Assembly: GCA_000004695.1 (NCBI GenBank)
Contig: CM000150.2
Location: 1,280,001 to 1,344,000 of the forward strand
From: Dictyostelium discoideum
Lineage: Eukaryota
DNA: 64,000 nt
Direction of reading: 5' to 3'
Shown: one piece after another, positions 48,292-64,000 of the stretch
Numbering within the stretch: the stretch's first letter is position 1
How the letters are laid out: every line of letters starts with the position of its first letter
Position numbers and translations under genes: made by a program
The notes under the pieces: generated by a model
Told to the model about the DNA's origin: nothing
The model's input: the letters and a program-made list of their open reading frames with translations, nothing else
The model's database searches: none

Positions 48292-48416
48292 AGAAACCAC
48301 ACAGTCTAAAAAAAAACGATTTGGAATAATTTGGAAATTTTCATTTCTATATCTGGTTAGTTTCTTATGAGATATTTACTAATTAATGCATTATTTATTA
48401 AACACACTCTTTTTTT
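48292..48416 (+). ncRNA. Candidate small non-coding RNA gene (class unknown). The predicted TSS is about 55-65 nt past the DUSE and about 25-30 nt past the TATA box. The transcript would end at the T-run CTCTTTTTTT at 48408-48418.
   Basis: This is a promoter-architecture inference only. The segment GTAGTAGAAACCACACAGTC...AATAATTTGGAAATTTTCATTTC...TTATGAGATATTTACT is non-coding and a little less AT-biased than its flanks. It contains an Sm-site-like AAUUUGG. No exact match to U1/U2/U4/U5/U6 or the class I 11-mer was seen. Confidence 0.25.
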
Positions 48417-48718
48417 AATTTTACCACACCGTATGAATTTTTTTTTTTTTACACCATATTAAATAAATTAAAAAATAATAAAAAAATAATAAAAAAAATT
48501 AAACCCAATGGTGTGTGTTTTCTTTTAATTATTTATATTTTTATTTTATTTTTTTTTTTTTTTTTTTTTTTATTTATTATTAATTTTATTTATTATTAAT
48601 TTTATTTATTTTTATTTATTTTTTTATTTAGTTATTTTTTATATTTATATAAATTGTTTTTATTTATTTTATTTTTCCAACACAGGAAATAATTTTTCGT
48701 ATAAAAAAAAATAATAGA

Positions 48719-48749
<31 letters not shown>

Positions 48750-49297
48750 AATAATAAAAAAAAAAAAATAAAAAGGAATTAAGTTATTTACAAGCCAATT
48801 TTATTTTGTTTTTTTTTTTTTTGTTTTGTTTTGCTTTGTTTTTTTTTTTTTTTTTTTTTTTGATCTTCTAGATTATTATAATAAAAATGTTGGAGAACTT
48901 GTAATTCATCACTTTATTTTTAATTTTTTCATTTTTTCATTTTTTAATATTAATTTCGAGAATAAAGTAAGCGGTGACTGTTTATTTTTAAAAAAAAAAA
49001 AAAAATGAATATTCATTTTATATAAAACGAGATATATTTATTTATTTTTTTTTTTATTTTTTTTTTTTTCGACCTGTTTATTTTTTAAATTTTATTCAAA
49101 ATTGAGATATTTTTCTTCTTTTTTTTTTTAATAAAAAAAAAATAATTAAAAATAAAAAAAAAAAAATAAAAAATTATTTTTAATTTTCGTTTCAAATTTA
49201 AAAAAAAAAAAAAAAATTTGGATAAAAAAAAAGTTAAAAAAATAATTTCATTTTTTTTTTTTTTTAAACCTCTCTAAAACAAACAAATAATCTAAAA

Positions 49298-51157
49298 ATG
49301 TCAGCACCAGAAGGACCATCAAAATGCACTTGGACTCCAAATACCACTGAAAACACTCCACATACCACCAGAAGGTAATAATTTAAAAATAATAATAGTT
49401 TTCTTTTTTTTTTTTTTAAATATTTTAAAGGAAAAAAAAAAAAAAGATCATTTTTTAAAAAAAAAAAAAAAAAAAAACGAAATAAACCTTTTTTTTTTTT
49501 TTTTTTATAATGATAATAATAATATAATAATATTAAAAAATAAAATAGAATTTATTGGAAAAAAAAAAAAAAAAAAAAAAAAAGATTAAAAATCTGATCT
49601 TTTTTTTTTCTTTTTTAAATTAATTGTTAGAAATTTCAAATACTAATATTTTGTTTTTTTTTTTCAATCAATAAAATTTTTTTTTTTTTTTTTTTAATAT
49701 TATATCAAATTAAAATTAAAATGATTTAAAATTTCAGAACTCCAAAGAAATTAATTATGGATAATATTCTTGATAATATTGGTGGAACACCATTAGTTAG
49801 AGTTAATAAAGTTTCATCAGATTTAGAATGTGAATTAGTTGCAAAATGTGAATTTTTCAATGCAGGTGGTTCAGTTAAGGATCGTATTGGTCATCGTATG
49901 ATTGTTGATGCAGAAGAGAGTGGTAGAATTAAGAAAGGAGATACATTAATTGAACCAACCTCTGGTAACACTGGTATTGGTTTAGCATTGACAGCAGCCA
50001 TCAAAGGTTACAAAATGATCATTACACTCCCAGAGAAAATGTCACAAGAGAAAGTTGATGTCTTGAAAGCATTGGGAGCAGAGATCATTCGTACACCAAC
50101 TGAAGCAGCATTTGATGCACCAGAGTCACATATTGGTGTTGCAAAGAAATTAAATTCAGAGATTCCAAATTCCCACATTTTAGATCAATACGGTAACCCA
50201 TCCAATCCATTGGCCCATTACGATGGTACCGCCGAAGAACTCCTCGAACAATGTGAGGGTAAGATTGATATGATCGTTTGCACAGCCGGTACCGGTGGTA
50301 CAATCACTGGTATTGCCAGAAAGATCAAAGAAAGACTTCCAAACTGTATCGTCGTTGGTGTCGATCCACATGGTTCAATTCTCGCTCAACCAGAATCACT
50401 CAACAATACCAACAAGAGTTACAAAATCGAAGGTATCGGTTACGATTTCATTCCAAACGTTCTCGAACGTAAATTAGTCGATCAATGGATCAAAACCGAC
50501 GATAAGGAATCTTTCATCATGGCTCGTCGTCTCATTAAAGAAGAAGGTCTCCTTTGCGGTGGTAGTTCAGGTTCCGCTATGGTTGGTGCACTCCTAGCCG
50601 CCAAACAATTGAAAAAAGGTCAACGTTGTGTTGTCTTATTAGCCGATTCCATTAGAAACTATATGACCAAACATTTAAATGATGATTGGTTAGTCGACAA
50701 TGGTTTCGTTGATCCAGAATACAAAACTAAAGATCAACAAGAAGAAGAGAAATATCATGGTGCCACCGTCAAAGATTTAACACTCCCAAAACCAATCACC
50801 ATCTCTGCCACCACCACTTGTGCTGCCGCAGTTCAACTCCTCCAACAATATGGTTTCGATCAATTACCAGTCGTTAGTGAATCAAAAAAAGTTTTAGGTC
50901 AACTCACTCTTGGTAACTTACTCTCACATATTGCCTCTAAAAAAGCTGTCCCAACTGATGCTGTCAGTAAAGTTATGTTCCGTTTCACTAAAAATGAAAA
51001 ATATATTCCAATCACTCAATCAACTTCTTTAGCTACTCTTAGCAAATTTTTCGAAAATCATAGCAGTGCTATCGTAACTGAAAATGATGAAATCATTTCA
51101 ATTGTAACTAAAATTGATTTATTAACTTATTTAATGAAATCTCAACAAAAAAATTAA
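49298..51157 (+). CDS. cysB: Cystathionine beta-synthase, 2 exons: join(49298..49374,49738..51157), 498 codons
   Basis: Exon 1 is MSAPEGPSKCTWTPNTTENTPHTTR(R) with a GTAATA donor (compare human ...PSRCTWQLGRP...). Exon 2 is TPKKLIMDNILDNIGGTPLVRVNKV...CEFFNAGGSVKDRIGHRMIVDAEESGRIKKGDTLIEPTSGNTGIGLALTAA..., the PLP fold-II core with the PLP lysine in GGSVKDR. Two CBS (Bateman) domains lie at the C-terminus. Confidence 0.92.
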
Positions 51158-51238
51158 AAATAAAATAAAATAAAAAAAAAAAAAAGTAATATTAATAATA
51201 ATTATAAAAAAAAACTTGTTTAATGTTTTTTAATTTAT

Positions 51239-53035
51239 TTAATTTGGGTATGGACCCATTTCTTGCCAATCAAAATTAAAAGTTTCAGGTACACCAATAT
51301 GAGTTATATTTTGAAATAATGGTGATTGTGACCAAGTGAAAGGTGGTAAAGTACCACCATTTGTTGATGGACCAGATATTGCAGTGCAAGATAATGTTAA
51401 AACTTGATTAAAAGAAGTAATTTTTGAATCAACACCACCAAATGCAACAGCACTTCTATTACCATTTTCAATTGTTAATAGATCACCTCTTGATGAAATT
51501 GAATTCAATGGTGATGAATATGATAATGGATCAGTTTTATAGTTATTAAATTGCATTAATGATTTCATATCTTCAAAATTTAATACATCAGATGCATTAC
51601 GTGAAAATATTAAACTTCTTGGACATTTTTCATAAGAATATTGATATGATGGTGGTAAATCAGTTTTTTCAGAGTATCCTGAAATATTATAAATTGATTC
51701 AAAGTATGGAATATTATAAGATTTCCAATAACCTTGTTCATTTAAAATATTGGTTAAATCTGCTGTTTTAACTTGACCTGGAATTTGTTCAGCAATCCAA
51801 AATGTATTTGGAGGTAATGATGATGATGATTGTTGTTTATTTGGTATAAATAATTTATAATCAAATACCATCCATTGATTTTGATAAGTACCACTATTAA
51901 ATTCAGAGAATATTTTTACCCAATCACTTGAATTGGTTGCAATCATATTAGCAATCATTGCTCTTTGCCAAACTAATACTGATTGTGGAATTGTATATTG
52001 ATATAGTGATTCATTGTAAATGTTATTTGTAGTTTCCATAATTGCTAATTTATTACCAGTGATATAGAAATCATCTTTTGAAGAAATAAATCCTGGTGAT
52101 GAACTAAATGAAACTTTATATTCCATTGGTGTATCTTGAAAGTTGAATTGTAAATTTATAAATTTATAAATTCTTAATAATGCATAATAATATCTCCATG
52201 TTGTATGTCCAAAATAAACATCTGAATAATCTGGTAAAATTCTAATAAATCCTGAACAATCTGTTAATTCATCTTTAAAATTTGGTTTTATTGATGATAT
52301 TTTAATATTTTTATTTTTATTTTCATTTGTTGTTGAAGATGACGATGATGACGATGATGGGAATAATGTAACTAAAGTTTCTAAATCACCAGCAGATGTT
52401 AAAATATATAATTGAATTTCAGATAATTGTGGGAATGGTGATTGTTGATAACCATTTACTAAACCATCAAATTGAGACATAATTAAACCAGTTGAATACC
52501 AATATTGTGATGATCCATTATTTTCAAATACTTGATCTCTAACGAATTCCATTTGAGTATTTAAGAAATCAATTAATTTTGGTGATGGCGTATGATCTGA
52601 ATTTGTAAATTCTGAAGCTGCAAAATTATTATACATTTGATTAATTCTTTCACCAGTTAAAACCGATTCAATAAATCCTGTAAAATAAGCTTGTTCATTA
52701 TCACTAATTTGTATTGTTGCTGAATTTGAATTAAATGTTATATTCAATTCTCCCCAACCTGTGGTTTCAATCTTATCAAAATATTCTCCAATCATAACAA
52801 TATCATCAAATTCTTCATTATATGATGATTGTAATATTAAATTAAATTGTTCATTACTCCATACTAAATAAATTGAATTTGAACTATTGGTATAAATAAT
52901 TTTATCCACATTTATGAAAGGATAATTATTATTATTATTATATTTATTATTATTATTATTTTCACATAATATAAAATTATTTATAAATATTAAAAAAATT
53001 AATATTATAAAAAATAAATAATATGATTTAATCAT
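51239..53035 (-). CDS. Phospholipase B-like protein (PLBD/LAMA-like family), secreted, single exon, 598 aa
   Basis: The signal peptide is MIKSYYLFFIILIFLIFINNFILC. The architecture matches the PLB-like family, with a conserved central CSGFIRILPDYSDVYFGHTTW (the Ntn-hydrolase-like Cys region) and many N-glycosylation sequons. It is similar to the Dictyostelium plbA-G paralog family. Confidence 0.8.
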   Translation of the reverse strand: MIKSYYLFFIILIFLIFINNFILCENNNNNKYNNNNNYPFINVDKIIYTNSSNSIYLVWSNEQFNLILQSSYNEEFDDIVMIGEYFDKIETTGWGELNITFNSNSATIQISDNEQAYFTGFIESVLTGERINQMYNNFAASEFTNSDHTPSPKLIDFLNTQMEFVRDQVFENNGSSQYWYSTGLIMSQFDGLVNGYQQSPFPQLSEIQLYILTSAGDLETLVTLFPSSSSSSSSTTNENKNKNIKISSIKPNFKDELTDCSGFIRILPDYSDVYFGHTTWRYYYALLRIYKFINLQFNFQDTPMEYKVSFSSSPGFISSKDDFYITGNKLAIMETTNNIYNESLYQYTIPQSVLVWQRAMIANMIATNSSDWVKIFSEFNSGTYQNQWMVFDYKLFIPNKQQSSSSLPPNTFWIAEQIPGQVKTADLTNILNEQGYWKSYNIPYFESIYNISGYSEKTDLPPSYQYSYEKCPRSLIFSRNASDVLNFEDMKSLMQFNNYKTDPLSYSSPLNSISSRGDLLTIENGNRSAVAFGGVDSKITSFNQVLTLSCTAISGPSTNGGTLPPFTWSQSPLFQNITHIGVPETFNFDWQEMGPYPN

Positions 53036-54448
53036 TCTTTGGGTAAAAAAAAAAAAAGTGATTGAAAAAAAAAAAAAAAAAAAAAAAACTAATTTTATAA
53101 AATTTTATATTTTTTGATTGTGCAAAACAGTTTGCAATTGTTTTTATTATAAAAATTTTTAATCTTAATCTTTAAGATAAAAAAAATTATTTTTATTAAT
53201 TTTTTTTTTTTTTTTGTGATTTATTGGTGAAAATTAAATTTATTAAAAAATAATTAACTATTGCTTAGCACCTGAATTGATTTATTTTTTTTTAAAAAAA
53301 AAAAAAAAAAAACTAAAAAAATAATTAAAAATAAAGAAATGCTTTGCTAAAAAGAAAGTTGTATAAAATGATGGATAAAATCTTAACAAAAAGGTAATAA
53401 AAAAATATTTTATTGGCAATAGTGATACACTAATATTCAATTCCTTATTTTATTTTATTTTATTTTATTTTATTTTATTTTATTTTATTTTGATGTTTTA
53501 ATTTTTTAATGTATTAATAATTTCTTTTTTTAATTTTATATTATTTTTGTTAGTATTTTTTTTTTTTTTATTTAAAAATATTAAACAAATATCAATTAAT
53601 GTATAATAAAAATTATAGTTACCCAGAATTTATCTTCTATAATTAAAAATTAAATCTATAGTTGGTGTGTTGTGTATATTTGTGTGCTAGTATTTGATAC
53701 TTACCATTTGAAAGACCTTTCTAGAATAAATATATATAACTATATAATTGTATTATTTATTTATGAATATTTTTTAATTTAAATAAAAAGGAATCATTTA
53801 GTGGTATAATATTTATCAGTAATCAAATATCTGTTCCATAATATCAACTTTAAGTTTGATATTAAATCATTTTCCTTTTTTTTTTAAAAAAAAAACATAG
53901 TACATAAAATGCACAATTATCTCTTTTTTTTTTTTTTTAATCTCTTATAAATGATTGGATTTATCTATATAAATGAAATATATATCGTTTTATAGAAAAA
54001 GTATTGGTTATTTTGAATAAACGAAAGAAAAAGATTAATCAATGATAAATTAATTAAATAAATAAGTGTTTTCTAATAAAGATATTTATAACTTATTAAC
54101 ATTGAAAAATCTAGCTATAGAATTAGCATATTCTTTATACTATTTTCATAAATTCATATACACACAAAAATACGAATAAATCTCAATTAAAGCTTGAAAA
54201 AAAAAAAAGAAAAGAAAAAAGTTGAAAAAAAAGTTTAAAAAAAAAAAAAAAATTGAAAAAAAAGTGAAAAAAAAGAATTTGGATTTAAATTACTTTGACC
54301 AAATTAATTTCAACCTTAAAAATCTCATACCTTTTAAATTAAAAATTAAACCCAAATAAAATAAAAATCTATTTTTTGAATTAAAAAAAAAAAGTTTGAT
54401 TTTGGATTATTTACAATATTTTTTTTATTTTTGTTGACTATTTTTTAA

Positions 54449-58114
<3,666 letters not shown>

Positions 58115-58148
58115 TGTTATCTATTTTTTTCATATACTATTATTAAAA

Positions 58149-58192
<44 letters not shown>

Positions 58193-58327
58193 ATATTAAT
58201 GTTAAAATTCATTCTCCCATCTTTTCCTGTAAACTTTTATTCTTGGTTTTTTTTTTTTTTTTCCAAACACTTTTTTTTTTTTCCAAACACTTTTTTTTTT
58301 TAAAAAACCAAAGTGAAAAACAAAAAC

Positions 58328-58358
<31 letters not shown>

Positions 58359-58858
58359 ATTTTAAAAATAAAAAAAATAAAAAATCCTCGTTGGTGATTC
58401 AACTTTGCTAAACCAAATAATTTATTATATTATGTAAAAAATAGAGATAATTACCTTTTTTTTTTTTTTTAAAATTATTATTTTTTGAAGTTTTTAAAAT
58501 TGATGGCCAATGTAAAAATTTTTACATAGTTATGTAAAAAAAAAAAATTGAAAAATTGAAAAAAAAAGTAAAAAAAAATAAAAAATAAAAAAAAAATAAA
58601 ATAAAAAATATCAAAGTAGTTCGGTTTTTTTTTTTTTTTTTTTACGTTATCAATTTTGACATTTTTATTTTTAAATCTTTTTTTAATTGTATTATTTGTC
58701 ACATTTTTAAAATCTGCCAACAAAAAAAATAAAATATAATTGTTTATTTTATGATCATTTATCAAAATATCTGAGGTTTAAATTTTTTTAAGAAAAAATT
58801 GATTTTAAAAGTTGATTAAATATTTATTTTGATTAGTTCCCTTTGATTTTATTTTATT

Positions 58859-58890
<32 letters not shown>

Positions 58891-59033
58891 CCAAATTGTA
58901 ATTTATTTTATTTATTTATTTTATTAATTTTTTTTTTATATTTTATATTTTTTTTTTTTTTGTTAATTTTTTTTTTTAATTTTTTTTTTTTTTTTTCAAA
59001 ATATTTTTTAATTTTAATTCCCACAAATTAACA

Positions 59034-59901
59034 ATGAGCGATTATAATAATAATAGTAATAATAATAATGAAAACGAACAAGATGAAAATAAAAATAATA
59101 CAATTCAAGAGATAACTGAACAATTTCTCACATTAAGATCTCTAAATGAAGGTTTAAAAGAAAAAAATCTTCAATTAATACATCAACAAGAGGTATCTGA
59201 AAATAAAATTGATACATTTAAAAAAGAGTTAGAAAATAAAACTGAACAGTAAGTTAACTAAAATAAAAAAAATACTAAAAAAAATACTAAAAAAAAAAAA
59301 AAATATACTAAAAAATATACAATACTTTAGAATAAATTCATTAGAAAATAAATTAGCGAATAAAGAAGAAGAATTAAGAGAAATAAAATATATAAATGAA
59401 GAATTATACAAGTGGAAAGAAACCCATAGATTAACAGATGATGATTATATAAAATTAAAAGATACAATTAGATTAAAGGATGATAATATTAGTTCACTAT
59501 CAATTCAACTAGAGCATACAATAAATAAAAATGCGTATGTATCACTTTATATTATTATTATTATTATTATTATTATTTTTAATATAAAATTAGATTATTA
59601 ATATTATTTATTTATTTCGTTATACCTATACACACACAGTATGTTAACAGAGAGTTTAAAAGAAGTTGGTGATAGAGGTAGTATATTTGAAAGAGATGAA
59701 AGCTTTAATATAAGCAGTGCAAGTAAACAATTATTAGATTATCAAAAAATGTTATCATATCATAAAATTAAATCAATAGAAGAGAAATATACAACAATTA
59801 AAAATATTAATTTGGGTTTACAAAAAGCAATTCAAGAACTTGCTTTGGAAAATGAAAAATTACGTTATGCATTAGTCAATATAGAAAAAAATGCTCTATA
59901 A
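59034..59901 (+). CDS. Small coiled-coil protein, 3 exons: join(59034..59248,59330..59533,59640..59901), 226 codons
   Basis: Exon 1 is [71 protein letters not shown] with a GTAAGT donor. Exon 2 begins QINSLENKLANKEEELREIKYINEELYKWKETHRLTDDDYIKLKDTIRLKDDNISSLSIQLEHTINKN and has a GTATGT donor. Exon 3 is AMLTESLKEVGDRGSIF...LQKAIQELALENEKLRYALVNIEKNAL. Heptad-rich sequence runs throughout, and junction phases are consistent. Confidence 0.55.
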
Positions 59902-59948
59902 CTATTACTCTCAACTTAATTTATTCATTGTACATTTTCTATTCCTCC

Positions 59949-59984
<36 letters not shown>

Positions 59985-60012
59985 CAATTTTTTTCCTTAT
60001 TTGGATATCCAC

Positions 60013-60054
<42 letters not shown>

Positions 60055-60353
60055 CTCCAAATCAATCAATTAATAAACTTCAGTTTAAACTAAATAAATA
60101 AATCAAAAAAAACTAATAAACAGCAGTTTAAACTAAACTAAACTAAACTAAACTAAATAAAATAAAATAAAATAATTTGATTAATCCAATTTTGGAAAAA
60201 AAAAAAGAACAAAAATAAAATTAATTAAAAATAAATATTTATTTTTATTATAAAACTTAAAGCCCATTTTTTTTTTTTTTTATTTTTTTTTTTGGGATTT
60301 GCTTTAATTTTTTTTTTTTAATTTTTTTTTTAATTTTTTTTTTTTAATTTTTT

Positions 60354-60388
<35 letters not shown>

Positions 60389-60556
60389 AAATTTTTTTTT
60401 TATATTGTATTTTTAACACACCAAATATATATTTATATTTATATATTTATATATTTTTTTTTATTTTATTTTCACACCCTATTCTATATAAATTAATTTT
60501 TTTTTTTTTTAACAACAAATTAAAAAAAAAAAAAAAAAAAAAAAAATCAAGACAAG

Positions 60557-61435
60557 ATGGATGAACATTATGATGTTATTGTTTTAGGTACTGGTCTCAA
60601 GGAATGTATTATTAGTGGTTTATTATCAGTTGATGGTAAGAAAGTCCTCCATATGGATAGAAATGGATATTATGGTGGTGAATCAGCATCATTGAATATG
60701 AATCAATTATGGGAGAAATCACATGGCAAAGAAAAGAAAGCACCAGAGACATTAGGATCATCAAGAGACTACAATGTTGATTTAATTCCAAAATTCATTC
60801 TCAGCAGTGGTCTTTTAGTTAAGATGTTGTTACACACAGATGTTACACGTTATTTGGACTTCAAAGTTGTAGATGGCTCATATGTCTACTCATCAGGTAA
60901 GATCAACAAGGTTCCATCAACAGATACAGAAGCCCTCACATCATCATTGGTTGGTCTCTTGGACAAACTTCCATTAAGAAAATTCTTTATCTTTGTTCAA
61001 AACTATGAAGAAAACAATCCAGCTACCCACGATGGTTTGAACTTAAAAATCACCACTATGGATGCCCTCTTCAAAAAGTATGGTTTAAGAGAAAACATCG
61101 TAGATTTCATTGGTCATGCACTCGCTCTCTATCTCGATGATAGCTACCTCCAACAACCAGCTCATGATACCATCATGAGAATGAAACTCTATGCTGACTC
61201 TTTAGCTCGTTACAGTAAATCACCATACATTTATCCATTATATGGTTTAGGTGAATTACCACAAGCATTTGCCCGTTTATCTGCTATCTATGGTGGTACA
61301 TATATGCTTAATAAACCAATTGAAAATATTGTTTTCGATGAAGAAAAGAAAATTATTAAAGTTACATCTGAAGGTGAAGTAAGTATTTAATTTAATTAAT
61401 TAATTTATAATTTATTATTATTATTATTTTATTCT

Positions 61436-61526
<91 letters not shown>

Positions 61527-62081
61527 ACTATTTTTTAGACTGTAACATGTGATAAAATTGTTTGTGATCCATCATATTTCCCAAATAAAGTTCAAAAGAA
61601 AGGTAAAATTATTCGTTCAATTTGTATTTTGAATGGTCCAATTCCATCTGCTGATAAGAAATTTGAATCACTCCAAATCATTATCCCACAAAAACAAGTT
61701 AAACGTCAATCAGATATGTACGTTGGTGTTATGTCATCCGCTCATTGTGTCTGTCCAAAGGGTAAATACATTGCCATCGTTTCAGCCACTGTTGAAACCA
61801 ATGAACCAGAGAAAGAATTAGCACCAGCTTACGCTTTATTAGGTCCAATTCAAGAGAAATTTGTCTATATTTCTGATTTCATTGAACCAATTGCTGATGG
61901 TACTGCCGACAATGTTTTCATCTCAAAATCATATGATGCTACCTCTCACTTTGAAACCACTTGTGAAGATGTCATGGATATGTACAAGAGAATCACTGGT
62001 AAAGATTTAGTTCTCACTGTTCATCCAAATATTCTTAAACAACAAGAAGAAGCTGGTAACCAAGAACAAGAAGAACAATAA
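60557..62081 (+). CDS. gdi1: Rab GDP-dissociation inhibitor, 2 exons: join(60557..61378,61539..62081), 454 aa
   Basis: The FAD/GDI fold N-terminus is [49 protein letters not shown] motifs are present. The exon junction reads SEGEV | [35 protein letters not shown]..., matching human GDI ([35 protein letters not shown]). Confidence 0.92.
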
Positions 62082-62397
62082 AAAAAAAAATAAAAAAATA
62101 AAAATAAAAAAATAAAAATAAAAAAAATAAATAAATAATAATTAAATTATAATAATAATAATAATAAAAAAAAAAAAAAAAAAAAATTCAAATCATTTTT
62201 TATAAAAAAAAAAAAAAAAAAAAAAAAAGATATATATAAAAAAATAATAATAATAATTATGATAAAAATAGAATTTCTTAAAAAAAAAATAAATAATTAA
62301 TTTGTAATTTTCATCTTCAACACTTTTTAATTACTTTCACCCCTTTTTTTTTTTTTTTTTTATTTTTATTTTTATTTTTTTTATTTTTTTTCGTCCA

Positions 62398-62429
<32 letters not shown>

Positions 62430-62457
62430 ACTAAAACTATTCCACAAAATAAAAAAA

Positions 62458-63261
62458 ATGACACCAAATATTCATACAGTTATATTAGATATTGAAGGTA
62501 CAACAACACCAATTTCATTTGTACATGATGTATTATTTCCATATATTAGAGATAATTTAGTTAGACATATCAATCAGAAATGGGGTAGTGAAGAATTAAA
62601 ACAAGATATTAAAGAATTATATAAATTATATTTAGAGGATAACAAAGCATCGGAATTAGTTGTAAACAATCAATTCAATACACCAGAGATTTTAAATCCA
62701 GATGATGAATCAACAGATAAAGAAAAGTTAATTGAATCTGTCATTAGAAATGTTATCTATCAAATGGATAATGACAGAAAATCGACACCATTAAAGCAAT
62801 TACAAGGTCATATGTGGTTGGAGGGTTACGAAAATGAGTTGGTCAAGGGTGTGGTTTTCCCTGAGGTTCCAAAAGCTTTTGAAAATTGGAATTTGAATCA
62901 TATCGATATTTACATCTATAGCAGTGGTAGTATCGCTGCCCAAAAGTTGTTATTCAATTATTCAAATTTCGGCTCACTTTTACCTTATATTAAAGGTCAT
63001 TTCGATACAACAATCGGTGGTAAATTACATCCTTCATCTTATGAAAAGATTTTATCTACAATTAATAATGGTTCTCCAAATAGTTATCTCTTTGTAACTG
63101 ATTCAATCTTGGAAGCTAAAGCTGCTAGAGAATCTGGTCTCAATGTTTGTTTATCAATTAGAGATGGTAATCCTCCAATCGTTGATAGAGAATTATTAAA
63201 TACTTTTGATCAAGTTTCTTCTTTTGATCAATTATTTAATAAATTTAATTTTAAAAATTAA
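62458..63261 (+). CDS. enoph1: Enolase-phosphatase E1 (methionine salvage; HAD superfamily), single exon, 267 aa
   Basis: HAD motif I is ILDIEGTTTPISFVHDVLFPY. It is followed by ...LKQLQGHMWLEGYENELVKGVVFPEV..., IYIYSSGSIAAQKLLF and ...GHFDTTIGGK.... It is collinear with human ENOPH1. Confidence 0.88.
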   Translation: MTPNIHTVILDIEGTTTPISFVHDVLFPYIRDNLVRHINQKWGSEELKQDIKELYKLYLEDNKASELVVNNQFNTPEILNPDDESTDKEKLIESVIRNVIYQMDNDRKSTPLKQLQGHMWLEGYENELVKGVVFPEVPKAFENWNLNHIDIYIYSSGSIAAQKLLFNYSNFGSLLPYIKGHFDTTIGGKLHPSSYEKILSTINNGSPNSYLFVTDSILEAKAARESGLNVCLSIRDGNPPIVDRELLNTFDQVSSFDQLFNKFNFKN

Positions 63262-63364
63262 TTTGTTTAGAAAATGAAAATAAAAAAAAAAAAAATAAAA
63301 AATTAAAAATAAAAAAAAAAAAATTAAAATATTTATTTATTATTATCATTAATATTGTATTATT

Positions 63365-63520
<156 letters not shown>

Positions 63521-63818
63521 TATTAATTTGTTTAGAAAAAAAAAAATATAAAATAAAAAAAAAATAAAAAAATGATAACACCAAAATTTAAAATATTTTA
63601 GTAATAAATAATACAATTTAAAAACACTGCCGAGAAGATATAAGGAAATTCCTTTGAAGTCCGATCACAGGTTAAAAAAAAAAAAAAAAAAATATTATTA
63701 AAATATTTATTTTTATCTTTTTTATTTAATTCATTTTTATGACTATTATTTTATTTTTATTTTTTTAATAAAGATATAAATAAATTTTAAAAATTAATTT
63801 GTTAAGAGGAAAAAATAA

Positions 63819-63867
<49 letters not shown>

Positions 63868-63906
63868 TTAATAATAATAATAATAATAATATTAATAATA
63901 ATAATA

Positions 63907-63945
<39 letters not shown>

Positions 63946-64000
63946 TTTAAATTAATAGAGATAAGAGTTTATTGTAAATTTTGATTAGCTATGGCTTATT

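Overview
The window is typical chromosomal DNA of a Dictyostelium-type social amoeba. It is about 78% A+T, has oligo(dA)/(dT)-rich intergenic and intron sequence, short GTAAGT/GTATGT...AG introns, and abundant (AAT)n/(CAA)n coding microsatellites that give poly-N/poly-Q tracts. By reading the ORF track together with splice signals and protein-family knowledge I reconstruct 24 protein-coding genes, 23 with spliced or single-exon models. The recognisable ones are Hsp90 (hspD-like, 3 exons), U1 snRNP 70K (3 exons), a universal-stress-protein-like gene (3 exons), a DAO-family FAD oxidoreductase, a SET-domain (RuBisCO LSMT-like) protein (2 exons), a large multi-exon secreted LRR + EGF-like + TM receptor-like gene, a Pho80-type cyclin-like gene (2 exons), a stand-alone response-regulator (REC) protein, TFIIH p62, a TM9SF/Phg1 nonaspanin (2 exons, 641 codons), a small tail-anchored TM protein (2 exons), an alpha/beta-hydrolase with a His-rich repeat tail (2 exons), BCKDH E1-beta (3 exons), a TMEM42-like membrane protein (2 exons), a class I histone deacetylase (5 exons, 495 codons), a 4-TM protein (2 exons), a 773-aa conserved hypothetical protein, cystathionine beta-synthase (2 exons), a phospholipase B-like protein, a 1221-aa Q/N-rich protein with a conserved C-terminal domain, a small coiled-coil protein (3 exons), Rab GDI (2 exons) and enolase-phosphatase E1. 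I found no rRNA or tRNA genes, no transposons and no prokaryote-style defence or CRISPR structures. There is one candidate small ncRNA, marked by an exact DUSE motif (TCCCACAA) plus a TATA box. The points most worth a second look are the orphan REC-domain protein, the LRR-EGF receptor with micro-exons and microsatellite introns, the DUSE-associated ncRNA candidate, a GC-richer ORF-less island at 4560-5260, duplicated promoter modules, a duplicated Hsp90 3'-end fragment, and a 4.4-kb gene desert that carries G-box-like motifs.
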